From assembly GCA_963755915.1 (NCBI GenBank), contig CAVWLP010000002.1:1088001-1152000 (forward strand): a DNA stretch of 64,000 nt, given 5' to 3'. The notes under the pieces were generated by a model. It ran no database searches. It worked only from the letters and a program-made list of their open reading frames with translations, and was not told where the DNA came from. A program made the position numbers and the translations under genes. The first letter of the stretch is position 1, and each line of letters starts with the position of its first letter. Below, piece after piece: positions 44,132 through 55,503 of this stretch. Source of the stretch: an uncultured Phycisphaerales bacterium. GTDB lineage: Bacteria; Planctomycetota; Phycisphaerae; Tepidisphaerales; Tepidisphaeraceae.

Positions 44132-45820
44132 CTAGTCCATCGTTCGCCAGAGTTTCGTGGCGTGCAGTCCGAGAATCGAGCAGGAGCCAAGATAGGCTGC
44201 GCCGCCGACGGTCATCAGGATTGCCAACTGCTCGGCGCTGGCCAAATGGCCATTTCCCTGGGGATAAAAGCCGAGCTGACGCACGCCCCAGCAGGCGGCG
44301 GCCATGACGCCGCAAGCGATGAGCATTCGCACCGTGCTCCCGGCGATCCGCCCCAGGCCAAGGCCGCCGACACGGCGGTCGAGGATGAGCAGCATCACGA
44401 CCGCCTGGATGGCGAAGCTGGCCAGGGTGCCGGCGGCGATGCCGGCTTCGCCGAGCCGGGTGAAGGAGAGGGGAATTTCCACCGCCGTGTTCACCAAGAT
44501 GGTGATGATCGAGACAACCAGCGGGGTAACCGTATCGTGCAGTGCGTAGTAGGCGCGGTTGAGAATCTGCTGAAGGCTGAATGCCCAGATCGCGGCGGAA
44601 TAGAAGCAGACGGATGCGGCGACCCAATAGGTGTCGAGCGGCCGAAAGCTGCCGTGCTGGAAGAGGAGGCGCACGGTGGGGTAGCGCACGAGGATCAGCC
44701 CGAGGCTGGCCGGGAGGCTTTCGAAGAGGGTGAAAAGGATTCCCTGGCGGAGTACGCGATTGAATTTCTCGGAGTCTTTATCGTGTGCATCGGTGCTGAG
44801 GCTGGGGAAGATCGCAGTGGCGACGGCGGTGGCGAAAACGCCCAAGGGAAACTGGTAGAGCATTTGCGCCCAGTTCAGTCGGGCGGCGGCACCGATGACC
44901 AGCGGGTAGTTCCAGATATGACCGAAGAGCGAGAGCTTCTGAGCTGAATTGGTTCCCGCAGTGAGGAACAGGGTGATTCCCTTGTCGAGCAGGACGGAGA
45001 TCTGCAGGACGCTGGCGCTGAGAGCTACCGGAATTGAAAGCGTGATCAGGCGTTTGATCGCGGGGCTGCGGAATCCCGTAATCCAGAGAAACTGGAAGCC
45101 GATCTGGCGCAGGGCGGGAAGAAGCATGCTGATCTGCACCGCGCCGGCGATGAGGACGAAGAAGCAGAGCCAGTAAGCGAGGCGGGATTGGAGGTCTTCG
45201 CGGAGGTCGCCGGGATGCAGCCCGATCAGGTAAGCCCCGATCACGATGACGGCGATGTGGATCAGGTTCAGCGGAACCTGCGTGAGAGCGGGCAGGCCGA
45301 AGCGTTTGTGGGTCTGAAGGATTCCGCTGAGGAAGGCGGTGCCGCAGACGAGGATGACGTACGGCAGCATGATGGCGGTGAACTTGACGACGAGGAGATT
45401 GTCCGGCCGGAGATGCACGAATCGGACGGTGAACCACAGGGCAAGTTCGCCCGCGATGGTTAGGGCGACGAGGGTAAGGGCCAGAAGATTCACGGCCGAG
45501 GCCGCGAATCGGCGGGCTTCTTTGTCGTCGCCGTTCTTGAGGGCCTGGGCGTAGAGAGGGATGAAGGCTGCGGAAAGTGCACCTTCGCCGAGGAGTTTGC
45601 GGAAGAGATTGGGGATTGAAAAGGCGACGCTGAAGGCCTGGGCGACGACGGTCGCTCCGAAATAGTTGGCGACGACGCTTTCGCGGGCCATGCCGAGGAT
45701 TCGGCTCAGGAGCGTCAGGATGGAGATCAGCTTGGCGTGTGCGACGAAAGCAGCGGCGGATTTTTTGCGCGCCTCGGGCCGCTGGGGGGAAATGGAAAAG
45801 CGAATCGCCTGCTGGGACAT
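44132..45820 (-). CDS. murJ: Lipid II flippase MurJ
   Basis: TLLSRILGMARE, AF.IPNLFRKLLGEGALSAAFIP, QFPLGVF…FP.LS, YYALHDT.TP. Confidence 0.95.
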   Translation of the reverse strand: MSQQAIRFSISPQRPEARKKSAAAFVAHAKLISILTLLSRILGMARESVVANYFGATVVAQAFSVAFSIPNLFRKLLGEGALSAAFIPLYAQALKNGDDKEARRFAASAVNLLALTLVALTIAGELALWFTVRFVHLRPDNLLVVKFTAIMLPYVILVCGTAFLSGILQTHKRFGLPALTQVPLNLIHIAVIVIGAYLIGLHPGDLREDLQSRLAYWLCFFVLIAGAVQISMLLPALRQIGFQFLWITGFRSPAIKRLITLSIPVALSASVLQISVLLDKGITLFLTAGTNSAQKLSLFGHIWNYPLVIGAAARLNWAQMLYQFPLGVFATAVATAIFPSLSTDAHDKDSEKFNRVLRQGILFTLFESLPASLGLILVRYPTVRLLFQHGSFRPLDTYWVAASVCFYSAAIWAFSLQQILNRAYYALHDTVTPLVVSIITILVNTAVEIPLSFTRLGEAGIAAGTLASFAIQAVVMLLILDRRVGGLGLGRIAGSTVRMLIACGVMAAACWGVRQLGFYPQGNGHLASAEQLAILMTVGGAAYLGSCSILGLHATKLWRTMD

Positions 45821-45844
45821 CCGTGTCCTCGAGTGATCCGCGGG

Positions 45845-46882
45845 TCAGCGGATCAGTTTAATTTTGATGGCTCTGGCCGCGGCGGCCGGGTCTTGCGAAC
45901 CGGTGACCGAGGCGGCGACGGCGATGCGGGAAATCCCGGCTGCCAGGACCTTATCGACATTTTCGGGTCCGATTCCCGAGATGGCGAAGGCCGGCAGGTC
46001 GATCTCGCGTGCCGCCTGGGCAGCATACTCCAACCCGGCAATAAAGTCGCGGGGTTTGGTGGAGCTTGGAAAAGTCGGACCAACGCCGATGTAGTCGGCG
46101 CCGTCGGCGACGGCGCGGCGGGCGTGGTCGAGATTGTGGGTGCTGACGCCGATGATTTTTTCGTGGCCCAGGATTTTGCGGGCGGCAAGGGCGGGCATGT
46201 CGTCCTGGCCGAGGTGAACGCCGTCGGCGCCCGCGGCGAGGGCGATGTCGATGCGGTCGTTGATGATGCAGACAACCGATGCCTTGTGGCAGAGGTTAGC
46301 GAGCTGAGTGGCGCGGTCGAGGAGCTGGGCGCCGGGCATATCTTTTTCGCGAAGCTGGAGACAATCGGCGCCGCCTTCAATGGCGAGCTCGGCGGTGCGA
46401 AGCCAGGGCAGGCGGCAGAAGGATTCGGTGATCAGGACGTATAGCTTTACGGCGGCCATTCGCTCGCGCGGGCGAAGGGTCAGGGCGATGCGCTGTTCGA
46501 CGGCATACAGGCGGTAACGCAAGGATTCGACCTTCCCGGCATCCGCGGGGTTTTGGGTCTTCAGGTACTCCTCGATCGAGCGCAAGGCTTCGGAGGCGCG
46601 CTTTCCGGCGGCGGTCACAACATGCGCGAGGTCTGTTCGCGATTGCTCCTGCGGGGTGGTGATCGTTGTGCCTACGTCGCCGGCGATGTCGCGATGGATG
46701 ATGGCTTCGGGGAGGGTCGGAGCCAGAACCTCGGCCAGTTCGTGGCGGAGATTTTTTATTTCTCGCGAAAGCGCTTCATCATTGCGGATGAAGCGGGCGA
46801 AGTCTTCGAGGGTGCGCAGGGCCTCGCGGGCGCGGTTGGCGCTGGCGTCGAGCAGACGCAGAATCGCGGGGTCAGCGGGCAC
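45845..46882 (-). CDS. thiE: Thiamine-phosphate synthase with an N-terminal ThiD2-like domain
   Basis: RLLDASANRAREALRTLED, QLREK, INDRIDIA, GVHLGQDD, GPTFPSSTK. Confidence 0.95.
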   Translation of the reverse strand: MPADPAILRLLDASANRAREALRTLEDFARFIRNDEALSREIKNLRHELAEVLAPTLPEAIIHRDIAGDVGTTITTPQEQSRTDLAHVVTAAGKRASEALRSIEEYLKTQNPADAGKVESLRYRLYAVEQRIALTLRPRERMAAVKLYVLITESFCRLPWLRTAELAIEGGADCLQLREKDMPGAQLLDRATQLANLCHKASVVCIINDRIDIALAAGADGVHLGQDDMPALAARKILGHEKIIGVSTHNLDHARRAVADGADYIGVGPTFPSSTKPRDFIAGLEYAAQAAREIDLPAFAISGIGPENVDKVLAAGISRIAVAASVTGSQDPAAAARAIKIKLIR

Positions 46883-46921
46883 AATTGCGATTATAGACGC
46901 AGGCCGCTCTTCGCTGAAATT

Positions 46922-47512
46922 TCAGGCGGTCGGAACCAGGTCGCATGCCTCGGGGGGCATCCAGTGGTTGGGCTTGTCCTGCCATTTCACGTTGCAACCG
47001 AGCGGGTTGATCTGCTCGATGGGCGGCTTTTTGCCGGCGAGGATCGCGTCGACCGCATCCCGCAGCTCGTGGGTCTTGGCCAGGGCTTCCATCTTTGGGT
47101 TGTCGTCCATCCGGCCGGTGTAACGCAGCTTGCGCTGGGCGTCGAAGACGTAAAAGTGCGGGGTGCGAAGAGCGCCGTATTTCAGCGCGACTTCCTGCGA
47201 CTCATCGCGCAAGTAGGCGAAGGGGAATTTTTTCTCCTTGGCGCGGGTGACCATGTTGTCGAACGAATCGCCGGGGTGCTCCTTGGTTTCGTTGGAGTTG
47301 ATGGCGACCATCACGAGCCCTTTGGATTTATAATCGTTGGCGAAGCGGATCATGCGTTCTTCGCTGCCGACGACGTAGGGGCAGTGGTTGCAGGAGAAGA
47401 CGACGACGAGGAGCTTGGCGTCTTTGAAGTTTGCCAGGGTGTAGTTTTTGCCGTCGACGCCGGGGAGATTGAAGTCGGGGGCGGATTGGCCGATTGCGAG
47501 TGTGAATGCCAT
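46922..47512 (-). CDS. Thioredoxin-family (AhpC/TSA) protein
   Basis: [32 protein letters not shown]. Confidence 0.92.
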   Translation of the reverse strand: MAFTLAIGQSAPDFNLPGVDGKNYTLANFKDAKLLVVVFSCNHCPYVVGSEERMIRFANDYKSKGLVMVAINSNETKEHPGDSFDNMVTRAKEKKFPFAYLRDESQEVALKYGALRTPHFYVFDAQRKLRYTGRMDDNPKMEALAKTHELRDAVDAILAGKKPPIEQINPLGCNVKWQDKPNHWMPPEACDLVPTA

Positions 47513-47641
47513 GAGAATGATCCTCCTTTGGGGTTAGGGTCTGGGGAATAATAGCGGGTGTTATGCGATGTCTCAAAATATTTTCAGGCGGTCCCGGCCG
47601 GAAATGCCGATTGCCAAATGAAGAATGAAGAGATTCGCGAG

Positions 47642-49009
47642 TCAGCGGGGCATGAGGATTCTGGCGGGCCATTGCATGGGGAGGTCGGGGACCAGAAACG
47701 CGTCTGGCTTTGAGAGAACCGCTTCGGCGGCGAGGTAGCCGCTACGGACGGCGCCTTCCATGGTGGCGGGCCAGCCGGTGCGGGTGAAGTCGCCGGCAAG
47801 ATATAGGTCTTGGATGCCATCTGCGGGTGGCGATTGGGAGGGGCGATATTGATCTGTGCCGGGGGCGGGGGAGAAGGTGGCGCGTTTTTCGATGATGATG
47901 GAGCCGCGGAGGAGGTTGGCGCTTGCGCTTCGGGGAAGGTTTGGCGGATTTGATTGGTGAAGAGATTGAGGAGTTCGTTTGTGTCGCGCTGGAGGTAATC
48001 GCGGGCGGCGCTGATGACGCCGTGGACGGCGCGGCCGTCGGAGTTGGGTTTGCGGAAGAGCCATTGGAGCTGGCCTGAGATTAAGGCTGCGTGGGGCGTC
48101 GAGATCACGGGGCGGTCGAACCAGAGGTGAGCGCCGAGGATGGGGACACTTTGGAGTTTTTCGAGATTGGCGAATCGGGAATCGCGCGCCGCGAGTTCTG
48201 GCGGGATCCATTTTTCCAGGGCGGGGTAATTGATTGCGAGGATGACCGCATCGGCGGGAAGGAATTCGCCGGCGAGTTCGATGCCGACGGCGCGATTGTT
48301 TTCGAAGCGGATGGAGGTCATGCGGGCGCCGAGGCGGACGTCTTTGCAGGGGAGCGTGCGATAGAGCTCGCCGAGGGGGCAGGCGGGGGTGCCCATTTTG
48401 TATGCGGCGTTGTTGGCGAGCATTCCTTCCTGGAAGACCTGGATGGCGTAAGAGGCGGCGGCGTCGCGGCAGTTTTCGTTCAGGGCGCTGACGAGGACGA
48501 GATTGTAAAATTTGTCGATCAGGGAATCGGGCTGGTTGTGCTGGGAGAGCCATTGGCCGAAGGAGATGTCGGACGAGCGCCGCGCGGCCGGCGGAGCCGA
48601 GGCGGAGCATGGCGAGCATCGCCTGGGAGAGGGCGATTCTTTCGCCGAAGGTGAGAGCGCCAAAAGATGCGCCGGCGAGGGCGAGATTGAAGGGGGCGGG
48701 GAAGGCGTTGAAGCCCCAGAGGCGGTGTTCACGGCCGCGGGGGTCGAAGAAGTGAAGCGTGTCCTGCCAGTGGATGAGATGTTCGACGCCGATGCGGCGG
48801 TAGAAGTCGATGAGGTTGGTGCAGCAGCCGAGGAGAACGTGCTGGCAGTTGTCGAGGATTTCGCCGGTTTTGGGGTCTTCGAAGGAGCCGGCGCGTCCGC
48901 CGAGGGTTTTGCGGGCTTCGATGAGGGTGACAGAGAGGCCGGCGGATTCGAGGGCAACGGCGGCGGCCATTCCCGCGAGTCCACCGCCGACGATGAGGAC
49001 GCGGTTCAC
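47642..49009 (-). CDS. hpnE: Hydroxysqualene dehydroxylase HpnE (frameshifts)
   Basis: IVGGGLAG, LGGRA.SF, DNCQHVLLGCC, LAGDFT.TGWPATMEGAVRSG. Confidence 0.9.
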   Translation of the reverse strand: MNRVLIVGGGLAGMAAAVALESAGLSVTLIEARKTLGGRAGSFEDPKTGEILDNCQHVLLGCCTNLIDFYRRIGVEHLIHWQDTLHFFDPRGREHRLWGFNAFPAPFNLALAGASFGALTFGERIALSQAMLAMLRLGSAGRAALVRHLLRPMALPAQPARFPDRQILQSRPRQRPERKLPRRRRLLRHPGLPGRNARQQRRIQNGHPRLPPRRALSHAPLQRRPPRRPHDLHPLRKQSRRRHRTRRRIPSRRCGHPRNQLPRPGKMDPARTRGARFPIRQSRKTPKCPHPRRSPLVRPPRDLDAPRSLNLRPAPMALPQTQLRRPRRPRRHQRRPRLPPARHKRTPQSLHQSNPPNLPRSASANLLRGSIIIEKRATFSPAPGTDQYRPSQSPPADGIQDLYLAGDFTRTGWPATMEGAVRSGYLAAEAVLSKPDAFLVPDLPMQWPARILMPR

Positions 49010-49047
49010 TTTGGCCTCCGCGAATCGGAATGAATAAATAAAGGATC

Positions 49048-49246
49048 ACCGCGAAGGCGCGAAGAGCGCGAAGGGGGGGAAGCGGAGAGAAGTGTGAAAG
49101 GTCAGCAGCGAAGGTGGGGGCTTCATTTTGCCTGATGTTTTCACGGCCCTCACCCCAGCCCTCTCCCGGAGTACCGGGCGAGGGGGAAAGGCAGTGGGTG
49201 CGACGGTGCGCCGAATATTCCTTCGCGCTCTTCGCGTCTTCGCGGT
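49048..49246. repeat. Composite repeat: 26-bp inverted arms made of 9-bp units, enclosing palindromic repeat copy 2 (49145-49191)
   Basis: ACCGCGAAGGCGCGAAGAGCGCGAAG and CTTCGCGCTCTTCGCGTCTTCGCGGT are 25/26 complementary. Confidence 0.85.
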
Positions 49247-49249
49247 AAG

Positions 49250-50147
49250 TCATTTGGATCGGGCGGCTCGCCAGGCGATGCGGAGTTTCGTAACCGTGGA
49301 GAGGGAGACGCGCTCGTGGAGGACGCGTGCGGGGTCGGCGGTCATTTTCAGAAGAATGCCGTGGTAGATCTGGGTCATCGCTCTGAGGGTGGGGCGGCAA
49401 TCCTGGGTAATCAGCGATTCGAGCGCGGCGGAGCGATCGTAGAAGCCGGCGGCGCGGGAGAGCTGGGACTGCATCATGGCGACGAAGCCTGGGGGCGTTT
49501 GGCCGTTGGTGAGGGATTTTGCGGTGATGTCGTGGGACTGGAGCTCGGCGTGCGGCAGATAAACCCGGCCGCGGCCGGTGTCTTCGCGGAGGTCGCGGAG
49601 GATGTTGGTGAGCTGAAACGCGATGCCGCGATCGATCGCGAGGGCCTCGGTCGCGGAGCCGCCCTGGAAGCCCCAGATATAGATGCTGGCGAGGCCGACC
49701 ACGCCGGCCACGCGATAGCAATATTCGCGGAGCTGATCGAAGGTTTCGAAGACGGGGGAATCGAGGTCCTGGCGCTGGCCGGCGATCACGTCGTGAAAGA
49801 GATGGTGCGGAACGGTGTAGGTGTGGACCATCTCGGTGAATGCGGGCCAGAGGAGATGGGCGTCGCGGCGTGGTTTGGCCGGCGAGGGCGGATTGGGTGG
49901 CTTCGCTCCAGGCATCGAGGGCTTCGGATCGCTGGGCGATGGTGTGGCCATCCTGGCCGTCGGCGATGTCGTCGACGAGGCGCATGTAGGCGTAGAGCGC
50001 GAACATGGCGGTGCGTTTTCGCTGGGGGAGAAGTTTTAATCCGTAATAGAAATTCCGGGCTTCGCGCTTGGTGAGGTCGGCGCAATATTCGCGGGATTGG
50101 GCGAGCGTGGCGTCGGCGCGGGAAGTGGCGGGAGCGGTAAGGCTCAT
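49250..50147 (-). CDS. hpnD: Presqualene diphosphate synthase HpnD (frameshift ~49870)
   Basis: ARNFYYG..LLP, LYAYMRLVDDIAD, YCYRVAGVVG, FQLTNILRD..ED..RGRVYLP. Confidence 0.88.
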
Positions 50148-51070
50148 GGGCGGCCTCCGGTAAAGAGGCGGCCGGCAAGGGCCGTGAGCGTTGAGAAAAT
50201 CAGCTTGCCCTTTTGCCACCTGGAAAGGGCGGGGCGGCTGGAAAGCGTGTCGTAATTCTGGCGGCGGATGGAGCTGAGCACGGCGCGGCCGCCCTTGCCG
50301 AAGAGGGAAATCTGCATTCGCACCGAGGGGCGAAGCAGAGGCAGCAGGGCGATGCCGCGGTCGAAGAGGTCGGCGGTGCGATCAACTTCGAAGCGAAGCA
50401 GGGCGCGGAAATTGTCGTCGCACTTACCGTCAACGATTTGCTGCTCGGTGACGTTGAAGCGCGCCATGGAATCGCGCGGGATGTAGATGCGGTCGCGGTC
50501 GAGGATATCGCGGCGAACGTCCTGCCAGAAGTTGGCGAGCTGGAGGGCGGTGCAGGTCTGGTCGGAAAGTTCCTGGCGCTGGGGGTCGTTGTAGCCACAG
50601 AGATAGAGGACGAGCCGGCCGACGGGATTGGCGCTGCGGCGGCAATAATCGAGGAGCTGGGGATAGTCGTCGTAGCGGGTGATGCGCTGGTCCTGCTGGA
50701 AGGCGTCGATGAGGTCGAGGAACGGCTGGGGGGACAGATGATGGCGGTCGATGGTTTGCCGCAGGGCGATGAAGACCGGGGTCTTGGTGGGGGTCTTTGT
50801 GGGGCCCGCGAAACAGTCAAGGGTTTGGGCGCGGAAATCGTCGAGGAGGCGGAGGGATTCTTCGCGGTCGCCGACTTCGTCGCCGAGATCGTCGGCGACG
50901 CGGCAGAAGGCGTAGACGTTGCTGAAATCCTGGCGGAGATGGCGCGGGAGGAGGAGGGAAACGACGGAAAAGTTTTCGTAATGGGTTTGCGCGAGCTTGC
51001 GCGTTTGATCCTGCGCGGCGGAGAGGTTTTCGGCGGCCGCGCCGGCCATGTGGATAGTTGATGCGCTCAC
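50144..51070 (-). CDS. hpnC: Squalene synthase HpnC
   Basis: HYENFSVVS.LLP, YAFCR.ADDLGDE, YCRRSANPVGRLVL, LQLANFWQDV. Confidence 0.93.
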   Translation of the reverse strand: MSASTIHMAGAAAENLSAAQDQTRKLAQTHYENFSVVSLLLPRHLRQDFSNVYAFCRVADDLGDEVGDREESLRLLDDFRAQTLDCFAGPTKTPTKTPVFIALRQTIDRHHLSPQPFLDLIDAFQQDQRITRYDDYPQLLDYCRRSANPVGRLVLYLCGYNDPQRQELSDQTCTALQLANFWQDVRRDILDRDRIYIPRDSMARFNVTEQQIVDGKCDDNFRALLRFEVDRTADLFDRGIALLPLLRPSVRMQISLFGKGGRAVLSSIRRQNYDTLSSRPALSRWQKGKLIFSTLTALAGRLFTGGRP

Positions 51071-51185
51071 GCGAGCGGCATTCTCACTGTTTTTGTCGAT
51101 TTTGCCAAGAGTTTATCCGCGGGCGACAGTGTTACGAGAGTTGGCCTGTTAACAATAGAGCCTCAATTTTTTGTATAAACGCAGT

Positions 51186-52172
51186 ATGGCGCTCAAAATC
51201 CTGTATATCGGCGGCAGCGGCGAAGTTTCTCCCGGATGCATCGAGGCGGGGCTGGAACTGGGGCAGGATATATCGGTCTACAACCGGGGGACGAGCGGCG
51301 TGGCGCTGCCGAAGGGGGCTAAGCATATTCGCGGGGATGCCGGCGATGAATCGGCGTATCTGGCGCTGGGGAAGCAGAAATGGGACGTGGTGTGCCAGTT
51401 TCGCAGCTTTGGGATGGACCAGTGCGAGCGCGATATCCGGGCGTTCGCGGGGAATGTAGGGCAGTTTGTGTTCATCTCGACGGCGATGGTTTATGAGCGG
51501 CCGCCGGGGAAGCTGCCGATTACCGAATCGGCGCTGCGGGGGAATCCTTATTCGCCGGATTATGCACAGAAGAAGATCGCGATCGAGGATCGGCTGATGG
51601 AGCTGCACCGCGCGAAAAAGATGGCGGTGACGATCGTGAGGCCGAGCCATACGATCCGCAGCCATTTTCCGGGGACGTTTATCAGCGGGGACGAGATTGC
51701 CTGGCGGCTATTGAGCGGCAAGCCGGTGGTGGTCCATGGGGATGGATCGAGCCTGTGGGCGCTGACGCGCTCGGAGGATTTCGGGTGGGCGTTTGCGAGA
51801 TTGCTCGGAAATGGGAAGGCGCTGGGGGAGGCGTATCACATTACGACGGACGTGGCGGTGCCGTGGGATGCGATCCACCGTGAGATCGCCGTGGCGCTGG
51901 GGGCGCCTGAGCCGAAGCTGGTGCATGTGGCCAGCGATGAGCTGGCGAAGTATGAGCCGAAGTGGGCGCAGAGCCTGCATGGGGATAAGACGGCGAGTTG
52001 CGTGTTTGATAACAGCAAGGTGAAGGAGGCGGTGGGGGGGTGGGAGTGCCGGTATGGGTTGGGGGAGACGCTGAGGATGTCGGCTGGGTGGGTGAAGAAG
52101 AGACTGCTGAATTTTTCGCCTGACGGGGAGTTGGGACGTTTGATCGACAAAATTGTCGAGAGGCATTCGTGA
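51186..52172 (+). CDS. NAD-dependent epimerase/dehydratase family protein
   Basis: ILYIGGSGEVS, FISTAMVY, YAQKK, IVRPSHT. Confidence 0.9.
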   Translation: MALKILYIGGSGEVSPGCIEAGLELGQDISVYNRGTSGVALPKGAKHIRGDAGDESAYLALGKQKWDVVCQFRSFGMDQCERDIRAFAGNVGQFVFISTAMVYERPPGKLPITESALRGNPYSPDYAQKKIAIEDRLMELHRAKKMAVTIVRPSHTIRSHFPGTFISGDEIAWRLLSGKPVVVHGDGSSLWALTRSEDFGWAFARLLGNGKALGEAYHITTDVAVPWDAIHREIAVALGAPEPKLVHVASDELAKYEPKWAQSLHGDKTASCVFDNSKVKEAVGGWECRYGLGETLRMSAGWVKKRLLNFSPDGELGRLIDKIVERHS

Positions 52173-52179
52173 GTTCGGC

Positions 52180-52206
52180 GCGCTTCCCTTCGGGTCGCGG
52201 CTAAAC
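52180..52206. repeat. REP-like hairpin ending GCTAAAC
   Basis: GCGCTTCCCTTCGGGTCGCGGCTAAAC; related to 63497-63523. Confidence 0.5.
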
Positions 52207-53533
52207 TTGCTTCATTTCAACCTGCTCATTCCGCGACAAATCCGCGAAGACTCTCTTGCTCATCGTCGCATGAACGATCGTGCGATCCGGGGTGAATTTG
52301 CGGTCGCGGATCTGGCAGTGACTTTCGATGAACGCCAGTAGTTTCCCGTTGGTGGATTCGATTTCGAGAACGGCGTCAATCTGCTGGGCGCCGACTTCCT
52401 TCTGAACGGCCACATGCAGGCGGTCAATTCCTTTTCCGGTTTTCGCGCTTAGTGGAATTGCGTTGGGATGAAGCGTGCGCCATTCGGGAAAATTCTCTTC
52501 GCCTTCGGGCGTGTCGATCTTGTTGAGCAGAAGCATTTCCGGTTTTTCCTGCACGCCGATTTCTTCCAGAACCTGGTGGACGGAATCAAATTGCTGCTGC
52601 GCGTGGGGATGGCCGACGTCCAGGACGTGCAGGAGAAGATCCGCGTGGACGGCTTCTTCAAGGGTGGCCTTGAAGCTGGCGACGAGGTTGTGGGGCAGAT
52701 CGCGGACGAAACCGACGGTGTCGCTGAGCAGCACCTGCACGCCGCGGTCGAGCTTCCAGGCGCGGGTTTTGGTGTCGAGCGTGGCGAAGAGCTTGTCATC
52801 CGCGTAAGTGCCGGCGGCGGTGAGGGTGTTGAACAGCGTGCTCTTGCCGGCGTTGGTGTAGCCGACGATGCAGATCGTGAAGTGCTCGCGCGTTCGCTCG
52901 GCCACCATTCGCGTTTTGCGCTGCTGGATTTTCTGGATGTCACCCTGGAGCCGGGAGATGCGTTTGCGGACGAGCCGGCGGTCGATTTCAAGCTGTTGTT
53001 CGCCAGGACCGCGGGTGCCGATGCCCGCCGGCGCGCTGCCGGCGATGCGCTCGAGGTGGCCCCACATGCGGGTCAGGCGCGGGTAGGTGTATTGCATCTG
53101 GGCCAATTCGACCTGGAGCTTGGCTTCGCTGGTCTGGGCGCGGGTGGCGAAAATATCGAGGATCAGCTCCGAGCGATCCAGGACCTTGATCCCCTCCATA
53201 GGCGGGCTGGCGGCTTCCTCGTTGATGATCTTTTCCAGGCCGCCGATCTGACCGGGGGAAAGATCGTTGTCGAAGACGATGACGTCGGCCTCCTTGGCGA
53301 TGGCGAGGGCGGCGATTTCTTTGACTTTGCCGGAGCCGACGTAGGTGCCGGCGTCGATTCGCTGCCGGCGCTGGGTGATGGTGCCGACGACGCTTCGCGC
53401 CGGCGGTTTTGGCGAGGGACGCCAGCTCGCCGAGCGGATCGCGCGGATCGGCTGTTGAATTGGGCAAAATAACCCCGACCAGGATAGCCTGCTCCTGGCG
53501 GACGGAGAGTTTGGTGCGTTTCAGTTCTGCCAT
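52201..53533 (-). CDS. hflX: GTPase HflX (frameshifts in the 5' part)
   Basis: [59 protein letters not shown]. Confidence 0.95.
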
Positions 53534-53680
53534 AACGGTCGGGCCGGTGGTAAATGCCGATTGCCGAGCGGGACATGCTAACCAAACCTTGACTGGCGTC
53601 CATGGGAATGGGCAGCTACAATTTGAGGCTGGATTTGGGCGTTGCGACTTGAGAGATTTTACTGAGGTTATTGACAGCGC

Positions 53681-54363
53681 ATGCAATCAAATTCACCGCC
53701 CATCTCGTCGCCGGGAATCGCTTCGGGGGCCTACGCGCTCAACGCCAACGTGCTGGTGCTGAACCGTTTTTACCAGGCGATTCGGGTGATCGAATGTTCG
53801 CCGGGCGTTTTCGCTGCTGTGCCGGGAGCTGGCGGAAGTCATCCACATCGAAACCGACAACGCGGGGCAGAGCCGGTGGCAGAATTTCAACTTTGACGAT
53901 TGGCGCGAGATCAGTCAGCTCAAGGCGGAATTTGAGCCGGAGGAGTACGACTGGATTCACACGGTTCGATTTCAGATCGCGGTGCCGCGGATCATCCGAC
54001 TGCTGGGGTACGAAAAGCTGCCGCGGCAGGATGTGAAATTCAACCGGCGCAACATCTACGCCCGCGACGGCAACCGCTGCCAGTACTGCGGCAAGCGGAT
54101 GCCGACAACCGAGCTGTCGCTGGACCACGTGGTCCCCAAGAGCCAGGGCGGGCGGAGCACATGGGAGAACATCGTCTGCTGCTGCGTGAAGATGCAACGT
54201 GAAAAAGGGCGGGCGGACGCCGGAGCAGGCGCACATGCATCTGATGGTGAAGCCTGTGAAGCCGAAGCGCAGCCCGGTGATCAACATCCGCCTGGCGGAT
54301 GCGCGGTATTCGAGCTGGAAGCAGTTCCTGGATACGGCGTATTGGACGGTGGAGCTGAAGTAG
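53681..54363 (+). CDS. HNH endonuclease (frameshifts)
   Basis: VLVLNRFY, VPRIIRL, RRNIYARD..RCQYCG, LDHVVPKSQGG.STWEN.V.CC..CN. Confidence 0.88.
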
Positions 54364-54470
54364 CGCTCGCAAGCGGGGAAATGCAATAGTTGAGAGTCGC
54401 AATAAAACTTTCCCGTTGAAGAATCTCCAGGTAAAATTCCGCGCCAACCAAAACATGACACGGAGGTCCC

Positions 54471-55503
54471 ATGTCAGACGCGGCGCGGCGTAAAGAGAAA
54501 AAGAGATTGAAGCGGGAAAAGAAGCGCGGAGCAACGGCGGGAAGTCCTTACAAACGCATTGCACAAATCGGGGCGGTTCATGCGTGCTATATCACGGAGG
54601 GGTGGCAGACGAGCGGCATGGCGTCAATTCATTTCCTGCGCGTCAATCCGCAGGGGGGATTTGCCATGGCGTGCTTTCTGATCGATTTCTGGTGCGCGGG
54701 ACTGAAGGACGCGTGGGGATTGCTGGATATGCATCAGGAGGACGTCGATTGGCACCTGGAGCAGGCGCAGGAGCGTACGGCGATTGAGCGGATCGATCCG
54801 GCGGCCGCACGGCAGCTCGTGGCGGGGGCGATTCGGTATGCCCGCCAAAACGGGTTCCGGCTGCCGGGGCATTACGACCGGTGGGTGAATCTGCTGGGAG
54901 AGGTCCCGGCGCCCGCGACGGCGGATTTGCGGCCTTTTGGCAGGGATGGCCGGCCTATGTGGGTGGGCACACGTGAGGATCTGCAAAGCCGGTTGATCGG
55001 GTGCTCGGTGGAAGATTTTCTCACCCGCGCGGATGCTGATTTCGTAAGTCCGCCGGGGTTTGAAGATTTCGAGGACTTTGATGAAGAAGATGACGAAGAA
55101 ATGGATGAGGACGAAATAGAGGATGCGTGGGCGGAGGCGGAAGAAAAGTATCTGGAGGTTGCGGACGAAATTTACGAGGATTCGCTGGCGTTTTGCGCGG
55201 TGTGGCGAGACACCGTCGCCGGACCTGTACGATGGAGCGAAATTGATTGCGATGTCGATACTGGCGCTTATCGGGAAAGGTGCAACGCTGCCTGATGAGC
55301 CGGATCAGATCATCAATCAGGCCGACATCATGATTGAGGAGATGTATGAGCCTGAGGACTTGGCGCCGTTAAAGGCAGCGGTTCAGCAGATTTTCCGAGT
55401 TATGCCAAACTCGATCGATCAGGCGGAACCGGGATTAAAGCCGGCGGGGGATGAATCACCATCCGGCATCGTCCCCATCCGCGGCGTGCCAGAGATACCA
55501 TGA
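54471..55503 (+). CDS. Hypothetical protein with an acidic tract (frameshift ~55200)
   Basis: FLIDFWCAGLKDA and A..YA…GF motifs; continues into ORF 55123-55503. Confidence 0.7.

Noticed and set aside
46861-47655. Short matches flanking the thioredoxin gene (TTTCAGGCGGTC at ~46920 and ~47582; GTCAGCGGG at ~46871 and ~47641) as a third gene-capture footprint
   Set aside because: The matches are only 9-12 bp and are not collinear, so they are compatible with chance.
47642-51070. hpnCDE cluster as a novelty
   Set aside because: The three-enzyme squalene pathway is established and expected in hopanoid-producing planctomycetes.
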